Origin: Ministeria vibrans ATCC 50519
Lineage: Eukaryota > Protista > Filasterea
Length of the DNA stretch: 64,000 nt
Direction: 5' to 3'
Assembly: GCA_943704425.1 (NCBI GenBank)
Contig: CALSCP010000945.1
Location: 220,057-284,056, forward strand
Shown: one piece after another, positions 45,234 through 56,800 of the stretch
Position numbering within the stretch: the first letter of the stretch is position 1
Layout: every line of letters starts with the position of its first letter
The notes under the pieces: generated by a model
Database searches by the model: none
Seen by the model: the letters and a program-made list of their open reading frames with translations, nothing else
What the model was told of the DNA's origin: nothing
Position numbers and translations under genes: made by a program

Positions 45234-47892
45234 AAAAACTAACGACCTTTGTCGCGTGCAGGAGAAGGAGACGCAGGCGCATCAGGCGTACCAGGAGGTG
45301 CGACGCCAGCTTTTTGTTGGAGGAGACAAGTACATTGATAAGCTCAACAGAATACTCGACAGCAATGACAGGTACATACATGCACACAGACGCGTGCGCA
45401 CGCGATAAACACACCACTTTATATTTTCTCTTTAGAGGGATAGTACTCGTCACAGCGGAAAGTGGAATGGGAAAAAGTGCTCTCTTGTCAAACTGGCTTG
45501 CGCAGGTGCCACCGCAAGAGGCCACGCAACAGGAAACCATTTTTCTGTCACACTTTTGTGGCGCCACGAGTGCGTCGACGCGGCTCTCGTCAATGCTTGC
45601 ACGTCTCTGTGTGGCACTGTCGGAGCGCATTGCATTGACGCCCGAGGAGCATGCGATTGTCGTGGAGATGACGCAGTGCAACGGGGCCATGTTGGGCCAC
45701 GAGCTATTTGAAGGGTTGCTGGTGCGTGCGAGCGAACGTGCATACCGTGTCGTTGTTGTCCTTGACGCTCTCAATCAGCTTGACGACGCGTTGCTCACGG
45801 ACGATCCACTCTTGCTCAGTGCAGCGTCGCTCGAGGAGGTCGTTGTTGACGACAACAGCCAACACAACCGCAGCAGCGACGTCCACAACGACATTACAGA
45901 ATCTGAATCGTTGTCGTCACTTGGCTCGGTCGTCCTGACTGAAAAGCAGCTGAAACGACTGCGTGCGCGCTATACGGAAACCAGCACAGTGCATGCACTT
46001 CAATGGCTGCCTGTGGCCACGAGACACAGGGACACAGTCGTTCTCCCGCCCAACGTGTATCTAGTGCTCTCAGCAACCCCTGATAGCAAAACATCGCGAA
46101 CGCTCAAGGATTGCAGCACGGCCGAGGCTGATGGCAATGTTGCGCACTACGCGATAGAGCTGTCGCCTGTCTCGATGGACGACCGTCGTGCTCTCATCAT
46201 TGCCGTCTTGCAAGGTGCTTCCAAGGCGCTCGACGATGCCAGTGTTGAGTTGATTTTGCAGAATCCACAGACGGAAAATCCCCTCCACTTGCTGCTGGTG
46301 CTCTCCGAACTGCTTATCCACGGCGACTACTTTACCCTGCAGGACAAAGTCAGTGCACTCGCGCAGCACTCATCTATTGCCAGTTTGCTCAGTGCTATTC
46401 TTTCGCGTTTGGAAATCACCTTTAGCGAAGAGCAGATTTCGCGTGTGTCCTCAGTGCCGACCACAAGCGACGAGCCCCTCTGTGACGGCAAGGGTGTCGT
46501 TGGTGCGTTCCTCTCCTGTGTGTTTGCCGCTCACCGTGGAATCACCGAAGAGGAACTCGCGGCACTGCTTCAACTGAGTCCTCACTCGTTTGCACTGCTG
46601 CGCTCTGCACTGGGGCGCTTTCTTATCGAGAGTGCCTCCTCCCACATTGGCTTTCTCCACGATCACGTCCGCCAGGCCGTTCACGAGCGCTACCTCGCCA
46701 ATCGCTTTGACCGCTTCAAATTGCACGCACACCTTGCGCGCTTTTTTGAGCGTTCTCTTGCCACCGCCGAGCCCGAGGTGGAAGGGAGTATGCCTGCTGT
46801 GCACACACATTTGCGCGCGTTGGAAGAGATTCCTTTTCAACATTTGCAGTCGCAGCAGCCTGAGCTTGCACACTCCCTCGTCCGCCTCTGCAGCACGCAT
46901 TCCTCCCTTGCCGACCGTCTCATTTTCAGCAGTCCTCTTCAGCTGACCGCAACACCCCTCAGCGACTTGGATGGGGCCGCCCTTGGACGCCTCCTCAGCA
47001 ATAACGCGTCGCTGACGTCGCTTGCGCTCAACAATGTTCGTTTGGTGGACACCGTCATGGAGGCCCTCAACGGTGTACTGACGAGTTGCTCGACGCTCAC
47101 GTCGCTCTCGCTCATCGACCAGAGCCTGCGCGAGGCGAGTCTTCTGCCACTCCTCAGTGTCCTGGCCGATTCGAATGGCGTCATTCGCTCGCTCACCATC
47201 CACCATGTTCGACCGCTGTCCACTCAGTCGCTTCAAGTCGTGTCACGTCTCCTGTCGCACCGTTCCTTTCCACCGTCGCTGGTGCACCTCGACCTTTCTC
47301 ACTGTATGTTGATGGGCACTAATCTCTCTCTGCTCGTTCCCGCCCTCATGTCGAATCGGACGCTCAAGACACTCATTCTGAATGGAAACCAAATTGGCGA
47401 GTCGGGTACGGTTTGTCAGTCTCCTGGTCAACAACTGTGGTTGTTCATCAAGTCACGATTGATCTTCGTTTACCTCTGTGTCTTTGTTACCAATAGGTCT
47501 CACGCAACTCATCAATGGTCTGCGGCACAACTGGAAGCTGGCGACACTCGAGCTGGAGCGTTGTCAGCTCAGCGGGGCTCGTGCGGTCGCTCGACTCGCC
47601 GAGATGCTCACAGCCCTTTCGCGTTTGCAGTCGCTCAATATGGCACACAACATGATAACATCGGTAGGGTCGACTCCCCTCCCCGCTTCGAGTAGAATGG
47701 AGTTTAATATCTAATAATTGCGGTTTTAAATTTTTTTTATTTTCATAGAAGGATGGCTCGACTTTTGTGACCGCTCTGAAAAATCATCGTGCTCTGCGCT
47801 CTCTAAATTTCCGAGCGGGAAACATGATGCAGGCACTAGAGAAAGATATGTCGGGGGCGGCCCGCTCAATGAAGTGCACAATGTTAAAGTAA
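44287..47892 (+). CDS. STAND NTPase: DUF4062, NACHT/AAA_16 (TEP1/NPHP3-like) and RI-type LRRs, multi-exon
   Basis: RIFLSSPF...ERERL...VDLRWGV (DUF4062), Walker A AESGMGKS, Walker B VVVVLDALNQL, NPLHL. C-terminal LxxLxLxxN repeats (LKTLILNGNQIG, LQSLNMAHNMI). Confidence 0.8.
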
Positions 47893-48221
47893 AATAGAAA
47901 TTATTTTGAAGAATTAATTTTTGGGGGAACCGCAACGATTTTTTTTCCGTGAGGGAATGCGGTGGGTTCAGTGCCCACCGCATTCCCAGCCCCTTTTCCT
48001 CTCTTCCCCCTAGTTCCCACCCACGATCGCCCGTACTCGAACGATACGACATGTACAAGTGAGTCACTTACGAATATGCGTTGAGAGGGCCTCTAACTAC
48101 CGCTGTAGGGTCGACAGAGAAACAAACCGCAATAGTTCCGTCGATCGTTTTAATTTTTTTTCTTCACGATTGAGAAATTCTAAATTTTCAAACCACTTCT
48201 TTTCCCAACTTTTCCAGAACC

Positions 48222-50789
48222 ATGAAGCTTATTATCGCGACGCTGGTCGTCGCTCTGGCTCTGTTGCACCAGGCTCATGCAGGTATGTCGTTCTTTCGCT
48301 CGCTCTCTCTTTCTCTCTCGACTTTTTTTTTTCACTCATCCTCCACCGCTTGAATGAGCGCCTGAAAGCATGCGCGGGTGATGTCAAACAAGTCATAACA
48401 TGCCACAATGTTCAATGATGCCGCAGATGCGGGCAGCGTTGACCCCACAGTCGCGCGTGGTTTGTGGGACATTCGCGGGTTTCTTTTTTTTTTTTTCTTC
48501 TCCCGTGTAGTCATTGTGGGTTTCGTCTGAAAACCCTCATGCCAAGAAATCCGTTGCACATTTCTCGCTTTATTGCTATCCAAACTACGACTTGGGTAGC
48601 TCTTGCCTCCCACAAGTCTGCGTTGTGCTTTAGGACACTTCTATTTTTCACTTTTCGCTTTGCTGGGGTTTTTGACGTTTTCTTTTTCTGTTCGTAGCCT
48701 GCGAAGGAGGAGAGTGGAAGAAAGACTCGTCCAAGTTCAAGAACTGTGTCACCCTCGCCGGTGACCTCGAAATCAATGACGAGGACATTGACACCAGCGA
48801 AGTAAGAACTTTTCTTTTCTTTTTTTTCTTTTTTTTCTCATCTGACTCACACACATTCCCTCTTACTTGTTCTTAGTTTGACAAGATGAAGTCGCAATTG
48901 TCGTCGCTCAAGACTATTAACGGTCGTCTTTACTTGAAAAAGGCCGACGGTATCAAGTCGCTCGAGTTTCTCAACAACCTGCAGTACATTAAGGGCACGT
49001 CGTGGGGCGGCTCGGGTCTTCACATCGACGACTGTGACGACCTCGAGAACGCCAACTTGCCTAACCTCAAAGAGGTGTGGGGCGAGACAATCATCAAAAA
49101 GAACAAAAAACTGCAGCAAGTCCATTTTGCTGCTCTCGTTGCACTCGGTAGCTACGTCTTGATCGACGACAACGATAAGCTCACCGGCGTTCAGATGGCC
49201 CAGCTGTACGCCCTCTCCGGTGGTCTCACCGTCACCAGCAACCCGCTCATGACCAGCCTGACAATGTCAACAATGAGTTCCTTCTCGGGCTACTGCATCA
49301 TCGACGACAACGACGCGCTCGTCAGCAACCAGATTTTCTTCGGTGCCAGCTACATCTACGACCAGTGCTATCCCTGCACATCGAGCACCTGCAAGAACGG
49401 CGGTACCTGTGCCACCACCCAGTCCTCGACAGCTCCTTTCTTCACCTGCGCTTGCGACACGCACTACTCGGGCACCACTTGTGCCACGGCACTCCCATGC
49501 GCCGCGGCACCCTGCAAGAACGGCGCCACTTGTTCCAACGTGGGCTCCACCGGCTACACGTGCGCCTGCGGCGCCGGCTTCTACGGCACCAATTGCGACC
49601 TCTGGCTCACACAGCAGTATGTCGCCGGCTCGAAAACATCCAAACTTGTCTCGGTCTCCATCGACACTGCCACCGGCATCACGTACGCCGCTGGCTTTGC
49701 CGACTCCAAGATTCCCGGCGTCACTACACACAACGATAAGACCGACTTCTTTGTGGTCGCCGTTAACGAAGCGGACGGATCCTCCGTCTACAACTCCATG
49801 TTCGGCTCGGACAAGGAAGACGAAGTGGTCACCATGCAGGTGAACCCCTCCTCATCGACGATCTACCTCGCGGGAAAGTCTAAGGGCGACTTTGGCAACA
49901 GCGACGCCAGCAAGAACAACGGCGACTTTGACACCCTGTTTATGTCGGTGAGCAAGGCGACCGGTGGTCTTAACTGGGCCAAGAGCTTTGGTGACAGCAA
50001 GGACGACATTCCGCTCGATATGGAAATTGACTTTAGCACTGGCCATGCGTACATTGTGGGCAGCACCTTTGGCAAGTGGAGCAACCTCCCCGAGAAGAGC
50101 AAGGCTTTTGGCTACCTGGCCAAGATCAACATCGCCGACGGTTCGCTCGTCTACACCGTAGCACTGGGCCCGCTCGGCAAGACGAGCGCCGCCACCGGCA
50201 TCGCTCTCGACCTGTCCAACTCGCGTGCTTTCATCTCCATGAACACCGACGATGTGCTTCCTAACTCGGGCGCCACTAACGCCGGCAAGGGCGATATTGG
50301 TCTTATTGTGGTGAACACCGCCACAGGCGCCATCACCAGCACCACTCAGTGGGGTACCGCCGTTGAGGACGAGACGGCCGCCATCGCCATCGACACCAAC
50401 CTTGGCCAGGTGTACATTGTCGGCCAGACGCAGGGCGACCTCAACGGTGTGTCAGGCAGTGATGTCAAATTCTACAACGCCATGGTTATGGCTATCGACA
50501 CCACGACTCTTGCCGTCACCTACACTAAGCTGTGGGGCGACAAGGGAGACGCGTTTGCCTCGGACGTTGTCGTCGACTCGACTTCTGGTCGCGTTCTCGT
50601 TACCGGCTCTACCACCGGTATCTTCTACGGAGATGCCATTGGCGGAGACGCTCGTCGTCGCCGTGCATGGGCCAAGGTCGGCACGACGACCACCACCACC
50701 ACCACCACGACAACTTCGTCAGACGATCGTCGTGATGTCACCGTCGCCGAACAAGACTCGCTCCTTTATTCCGTCCACCGTGGAACTCG

Positions 50790-50826
<37 letters not shown>

Positions 50827-53800
50827 AACCCCATCTGTGTCACCGCCACCACCACGACCACCACCACCACGACAACGTCGGGCGACGACCGTCGTGACAT
50901 CAGCGAGGAAGAAGAGGCTGCCGCTGAACTCAAGACCGAGCTCGAAGAGCTTAACAACCTTGCCCACCGGATGCGCCGAAGCGGAAGCAAGAGCGGCAAG
51001 AGCAAGAGTGGCAAGACGTGCAAGAGCACCCCGTCCGTTGACGAGGCTTTCCTCGTTCAGTTCAACGGTGCCAACGGCGAGCGTGTCTACTCGCGCACCT
51101 GGAACAGTGGTTCGGGTGGCAGTGCCTACGGCTTTGGTGTTGCTGTCGATGCCAGCCGCAAGAATGTCTATCTTGCCGGACAATACTCGGGCGGTTCCAC
51201 CATCGACACCAACTTGCTCTCGTTCATCAACACCAAGGCAACCGCCTTTCTCCTTCAAGTCGACCAAGACTTTGCCACGCCCAAGTCGGACGTCAATGAG
51301 TGCGCTTCGAACCCTTGCATCAACGGCGGCACTTGTGTCAATGACCTCCTCTTCTTCACTTGCGTGTGCCCTTCGGGATACGTTGGTGGGATTTGCGAGA
51401 GCGAACAGGACGAGTGCATCAGCTCTCCGTGCAAGAACAACGGCACTTGTGTCGATGGAATCTCCGACTACTCCTGCACCTGTCTGACTGGCTACGAGGG
51501 CACTCGCTGCGAGACCGACATCAACGAGTGCGCCAGTTCGCCTTGTGCCAACGGAGCGACCTGCACCAACCTTGTGGGTTCGTTCTCCTGCTCATGTGCC
51601 ACTGGCTACACCGGTGCCCAGTGCCTCACCAACATTGACGATTGCCCCAGCACAAACGCCTGCCACAGCCACGGCACTTGTAACGATGGCATTGAATCGT
51701 ACACCTGCTCATGCAACGCCGGTTTTACCGGTACCCTCTGCGAGACCAACGTCAACGATTGTCCCACAGGCACCGTTTGCAGCGGTCATGGTACCTGTAA
51801 CGATGGTATTGCCTCGTACACCTGCACCTGTGACACAGGATACACCTCGGCGCTCTGCCAGACAAACATTAACGACTGCGCGTCGAACCCGTGCAAGAAC
51901 CAGGGCGCGTGCAAAGACGGCATTGCCTCGTACACCTGCACTTGCCCCGCCGGCTACACTGGCACACACTGCGAGACGAACATCAATGAGTGTGAGGGCG
52001 TCACCTGCATGAACGGTGGCAACTGCATCGACAAGGTGAACTATTTCAAGTGTGCGTGCGTCACCGGCTTCACCGGCGTGTACTGCGAAACGAACATCGA
52101 TGACTGCACTGCGTCGTCGTGCTCCGCGTACGGCACTTGCCAGGACGGCGTTGCCTCGTTCTTTTGCGCTTGCGCTCCCGGCTACACCGGCACCTCGTGC
52201 TCCAGCAACATTGACGATTGCGCGTCGAACCCGTGCAAGAACCAGGGCGCGTGCAACGACGGCATTACCTCGTACACCTGCACATGCCCCGCCGGCTACA
52301 CTGGCACACACTGCGAGACGAACATCAATGAGTGTGAGGGCGTCACCTGCATGAACGGTGGCAACTGTATCGACCAGGTGAACCATTTCAAGTGTGCGTG
52401 CGTCACCGGCTTCACCGGCGTGTACTGCGAAACGAACATTGATGACTGCACTGCGTCGTCGTGCTCCGCGTACGGCACTTGCCAGGACGGCGTTGCCTCG
52501 TTCTTTTGCGCTTGCGCTCCCGGCTACACTGGCACCTCGTGCTCCAGCAACATTGACGATTGCGCGTCGAACCCGTGCAAGAACCAGGGCGCGTGCAACG
52601 ACGGCATTACCTCGTACACCTGCACATGCCCCGCCGGCTACACTGGCACACACTGCGAGACTGACATTAATGAGTGTGCTTCGAATCCTTGCGAGAACGG
52701 CGGCACTTGCAATGACCATGTCGGCTCTTTCTCGTGCAACTGCGCCGGAACTGGCTTTGTTGGCTCCACATGCAACGCTCAATTCGATGAGTGTGTCTCG
52801 AGCCCGTGCCAGAACAGCGGCGTGTGCTTCTCGGGCATCAACTACTACTCTTGCAACTGCGACGGAACCGGCTACACCGGTACCATGTGCGATGTGGAGG
52901 TCGACGAATGCGAAAGCAGCCCTTGTGCCAACGGTGGCGTCTGCTCCAACCTCATCAATGCATTCTCGTGCTCCTGTGCTGCAGGCTTTGTAGGCACACA
53001 ATGTCAGACCAACACAAACGAGTGTGCCTCGAACCCGTGTGTCTTTGGCGTGTGCACTGACCTCGTCAACGGCTTTTCTTGTGCCTGCACCGCCGGCTAC
53101 GAAGGTGTCGTATGCGACGTGAACACCGACGAGTGCGGATCGTCGCCGTGCCAGAACGGCGGCGTGTGCACCGACCTTGTTAACAGCTTCTCGTGCGGAT
53201 GCCCCAACGGGTTTGCCGGCGATGTGTGCGAGACAAACATTGACGATTGCGCTGTTGCGCCTTGCAAGAACGGCGCGACCTGTGTCGATGGCATTGCACA
53301 GTACACCTGTACGTGTAGCGCCGGCTACGAGGGCACCCGTTGCCAGACAAACACAAACGAGTGTGCCTCAAACCCGTGTGTCTTTGGCGTGTGCACTGAC
53401 CTCGTCAACGGCTTTTCTTGTGCCTGCACTGCCGGCTACGAAGGTGTCGTATGCGACGTGAACACCGACGAGTGCGGATCGTCGCCGTGCCAGAACGGCG
53501 GCGTGTGCACCGACCTTGTCAACAGCTTCTCGTGCGGATGCCCTAACGGGTTTGCCGGCGATGTGTGCGAGACGAACATTGACGATTGCGCTGTTGCGCC
53601 TTGCAAGAACGGCGCGACCTGTGTCGATGGCATTGCACAGTACACGTGTACTTGTAGCGCCGGTTACGAGGGCACCAACTGCGAGACCAACATTGATGAC
53701 TGCGCGACGAGCCCATGCCACCAAGGCGAATGTATCGACGCGGTTCAGGACTTCACCTGTGTGTGTAGCCCGGGCTACACGAACACTCTCTGTGACGAGA

Positions 53801-56800
53801 ACATTGACGATTGTGCATCGAATCCGTGCCAGAACGACGGCACCTGTGCCGACGGTGTTGTTTCCTACACTTGCTCGTGCCCAGGCGGTTTCAAGGGCCG
53901 TCTTTGTGAGGAGAACATCGACGATTGTGCCGTCACGAAACCTTGCAATGGACAAGGCAGCTGCAACGATGGTGTTCAGTCGTCCACGTGCTCATGCGAC
54001 ACAGGCTATACCGGTACCGAATGCGAGACGAACATTGACGACTGCGCCGGAGTCACTTGCCAACACGAGGGCACCTGCGTCGACTCCATTGCCGCTTTCG
54101 CATGCACTTGCGCCGGTGGCTACACCGGCACTGTGTGCGAGACCGAGATCGACGAATGCGCCTCTTCTCCCTGTCAGAACGGCGGAGTGTGCACCGACTT
54201 TGTCAACTACTACACGTGCGCTTGCGAATATGGCTTTGTTGGCAGCAACTGCGAACTTGTTGGCTTTATTCTCTCCCCGGCAGGCGGTGTCTTCACCATT
54301 GGCTCGATCACGGCTGAGTTTCCCGAAGATGCCGTTTCGCAGACCGTCACTGTTTTGGTGGAGCTCGCCGCCGACCTGACGGTGCTCCCGACCGGCCCGA
54401 GCGGCTCCACCTCGCTTTTGACCAGCGCTGTCTCGTTCCGTACTCTCGAACTCCGTACCGCCGACTTCCTCTTGCCCTACTCGGTTGTTCTCACGCTGTC
54501 CACCGCCACCAGCAAGGATGTTGTTCCCCAGATGTACTACACCAACCCAGATGGTCTCTCGACAAGCTGGACTCTCGCTGACGATTTGCCCGCGCGTCGA
54601 CGTGCCCTCTCGTGCAGCGCCGGTCAAGGTTGCGGCACCGTCTCTGGCACTAACATTGCCTTTGGTGTTTTTGTTGTTGACGAGTGCGCTTCGTCGCCCT
54701 GCCAAAATGGCGGCACCTGTGTTGACCTTGTTGACCAGTTCACTTGCACATGCCCTATTGAGTTTCTCGGTACTCTTTGCGAGACTCCGAACCCGTGCGA
54801 ACCGTCGCCGTGCCAGAGCTTTTCTGAGTGCACTATCATTGGCGGTGGTACCGACTTTTTCTGCGACTGCATTGGAGCCGGTCTCACCTGTTTCGACAAG
54901 GTGTGCGGCAACTGTACTATTGACGCGGGAGCCGCTCAAAACGGCGGCGGCGCCTCGGGCACCAGCAGTGGCTCAACGAGCTACGCGGCCGCCGGTGCCG
55001 CCGGTGTTCTTTTGCTTTTGGCGCTCGCGCTGCTTGCTAAACGTCGCCGTCTGCGCAAGACTGCGCTCGGTGATAGCGAGCTGGAGACTGTCGAGAGTGT
55101 TCCCATCATGATCAACCCTGGCTACAAGATGACCAAGGCTGACTCGCTCGTGCTCGGCATGGCTCCCGGCGACCAAATGGAGGACACTGACTCACTCCTC
55201 GACTACGCCGCTCCCATCGACTTTGCCCAGCGTGCCCCGCGTGTCGCTGAGTATCAGGCTCTGGATAACAAGAACAACTCGGCCGGCGAGTACGGATCCC
55301 TGAAGTATGTTGTGCTCAGCCGCGATGGTGCTTACCGCGTTAAAGGCCGCGGCGACCCCGTCGATCTGTCGCTCAAGGTCGACGAATCGACTGGTGCCTA
55401 CACCGATTTTGAGGGCAACCTTGTGTATTCTGGACCGGGCAAGCTCAAGCTTGGTAAGGACGGAATTTACCGCAGCGAGGCTGGCGAGGCTGTGTACGGC
55501 AACCGCTCGCTCACGCGTGGCAGTGATGGTGTGTACCGAAACGCGGAGGGTGACGCCGTGTACGGCAATGGACTCACGCTCGGCCGTGACGGTGTCTGGT
55601 ACTCGGACGACGGTCAACCCATCTATGGAAACCGCGCAGCACACGAGCGTGTGCTGCGCTGCCCCGGCAACGTGATTGAGGGTGACGATCGCATGACAGT
55701 CTACGGTAATGGAAACGGACGAAACCGTCCCGCTCGTGACAAGGACGGTTTTGCCGTGTACGGCAACGGTCAGGCACGCCGCGGACGCGATGGTGCCAAC
55801 AACGCCGACGAAGATGCCATGTACGGCAATGGCCAGGCACGCCGCGGACGCGATGGTGCCAACAACGACAACGAAGATGCCATGTACGGCAATGGCCAGG
55901 CTCGCCGCGGACGCCGCAGTGACAACGGTGACGACATGGACGGTGATGACGTGTACGGCAACCGCAACCGCGACGATGGTGCCGACTATGGTGAGTTTGC
56001 CAACCGCAAGCGTGGACCCCGCGTCGACGCCTACGGCAACCCTGTTGAGGACAATGACGATGTGTACGGCAATCGCAACCGCGGCGACGATGGTGCTGAG
56101 TATGGCGAGTTTGCCAATCGCCAGCGTGGACCGCGACGTGTCGATGCCTACGGCAACCCTGTCGAGGAAGATGATGGCATGTACGGCAATCGCCAGCGCA
56201 CGGACGGACAACAGTACGACGAGGAAGCCTACGGCGAGTTTGCCAACCGCAAGCGTGGACCACGCGTTGATGCCTATGGCAACCCGGTCGAGGACGATGA
56301 CATGGACGGAGTGTATGGCAACCGCGAACGTGACGATGGTGGCGCCGAGTACGGCGAGTTCGCCAACCGACGTCTGCCACCTCGTCGTGGCCCCGGCGGC
56401 ACAGCTGCCGACGATGAGGATATGGATGCCTGGTACGGCAACCGTGACCGTGGTCAGCAGCAGGACGGCGCTGAATACGGCGAGTTTGCCAACCGATCGA
56501 TGCCCCCGCGTGGCTCGCGCCGTCCCGGTGGCGACGACAGCGAGGATGCTTTCTACGGCAACCGCGCTGGCAATGACCAAGATGCCTACTACGGTGCTCT
56601 TCAGGGTGGCGATGCTATGTATGGCAACCGCGCTGGCGGCGAACAGGACGCGTACTATGGTGCGCTGCAGGGTGGCGATGCTATGTATGGCAACCGCGCT
56701 GGCGGCGAACAGGACGCGTACTATGGTGCGCTGCAAGGTGGCGCAGTCTATGGCAACCGTGCCTTTGGCAATGGTGAAGATGAGTATGCCGCCTCGAACG

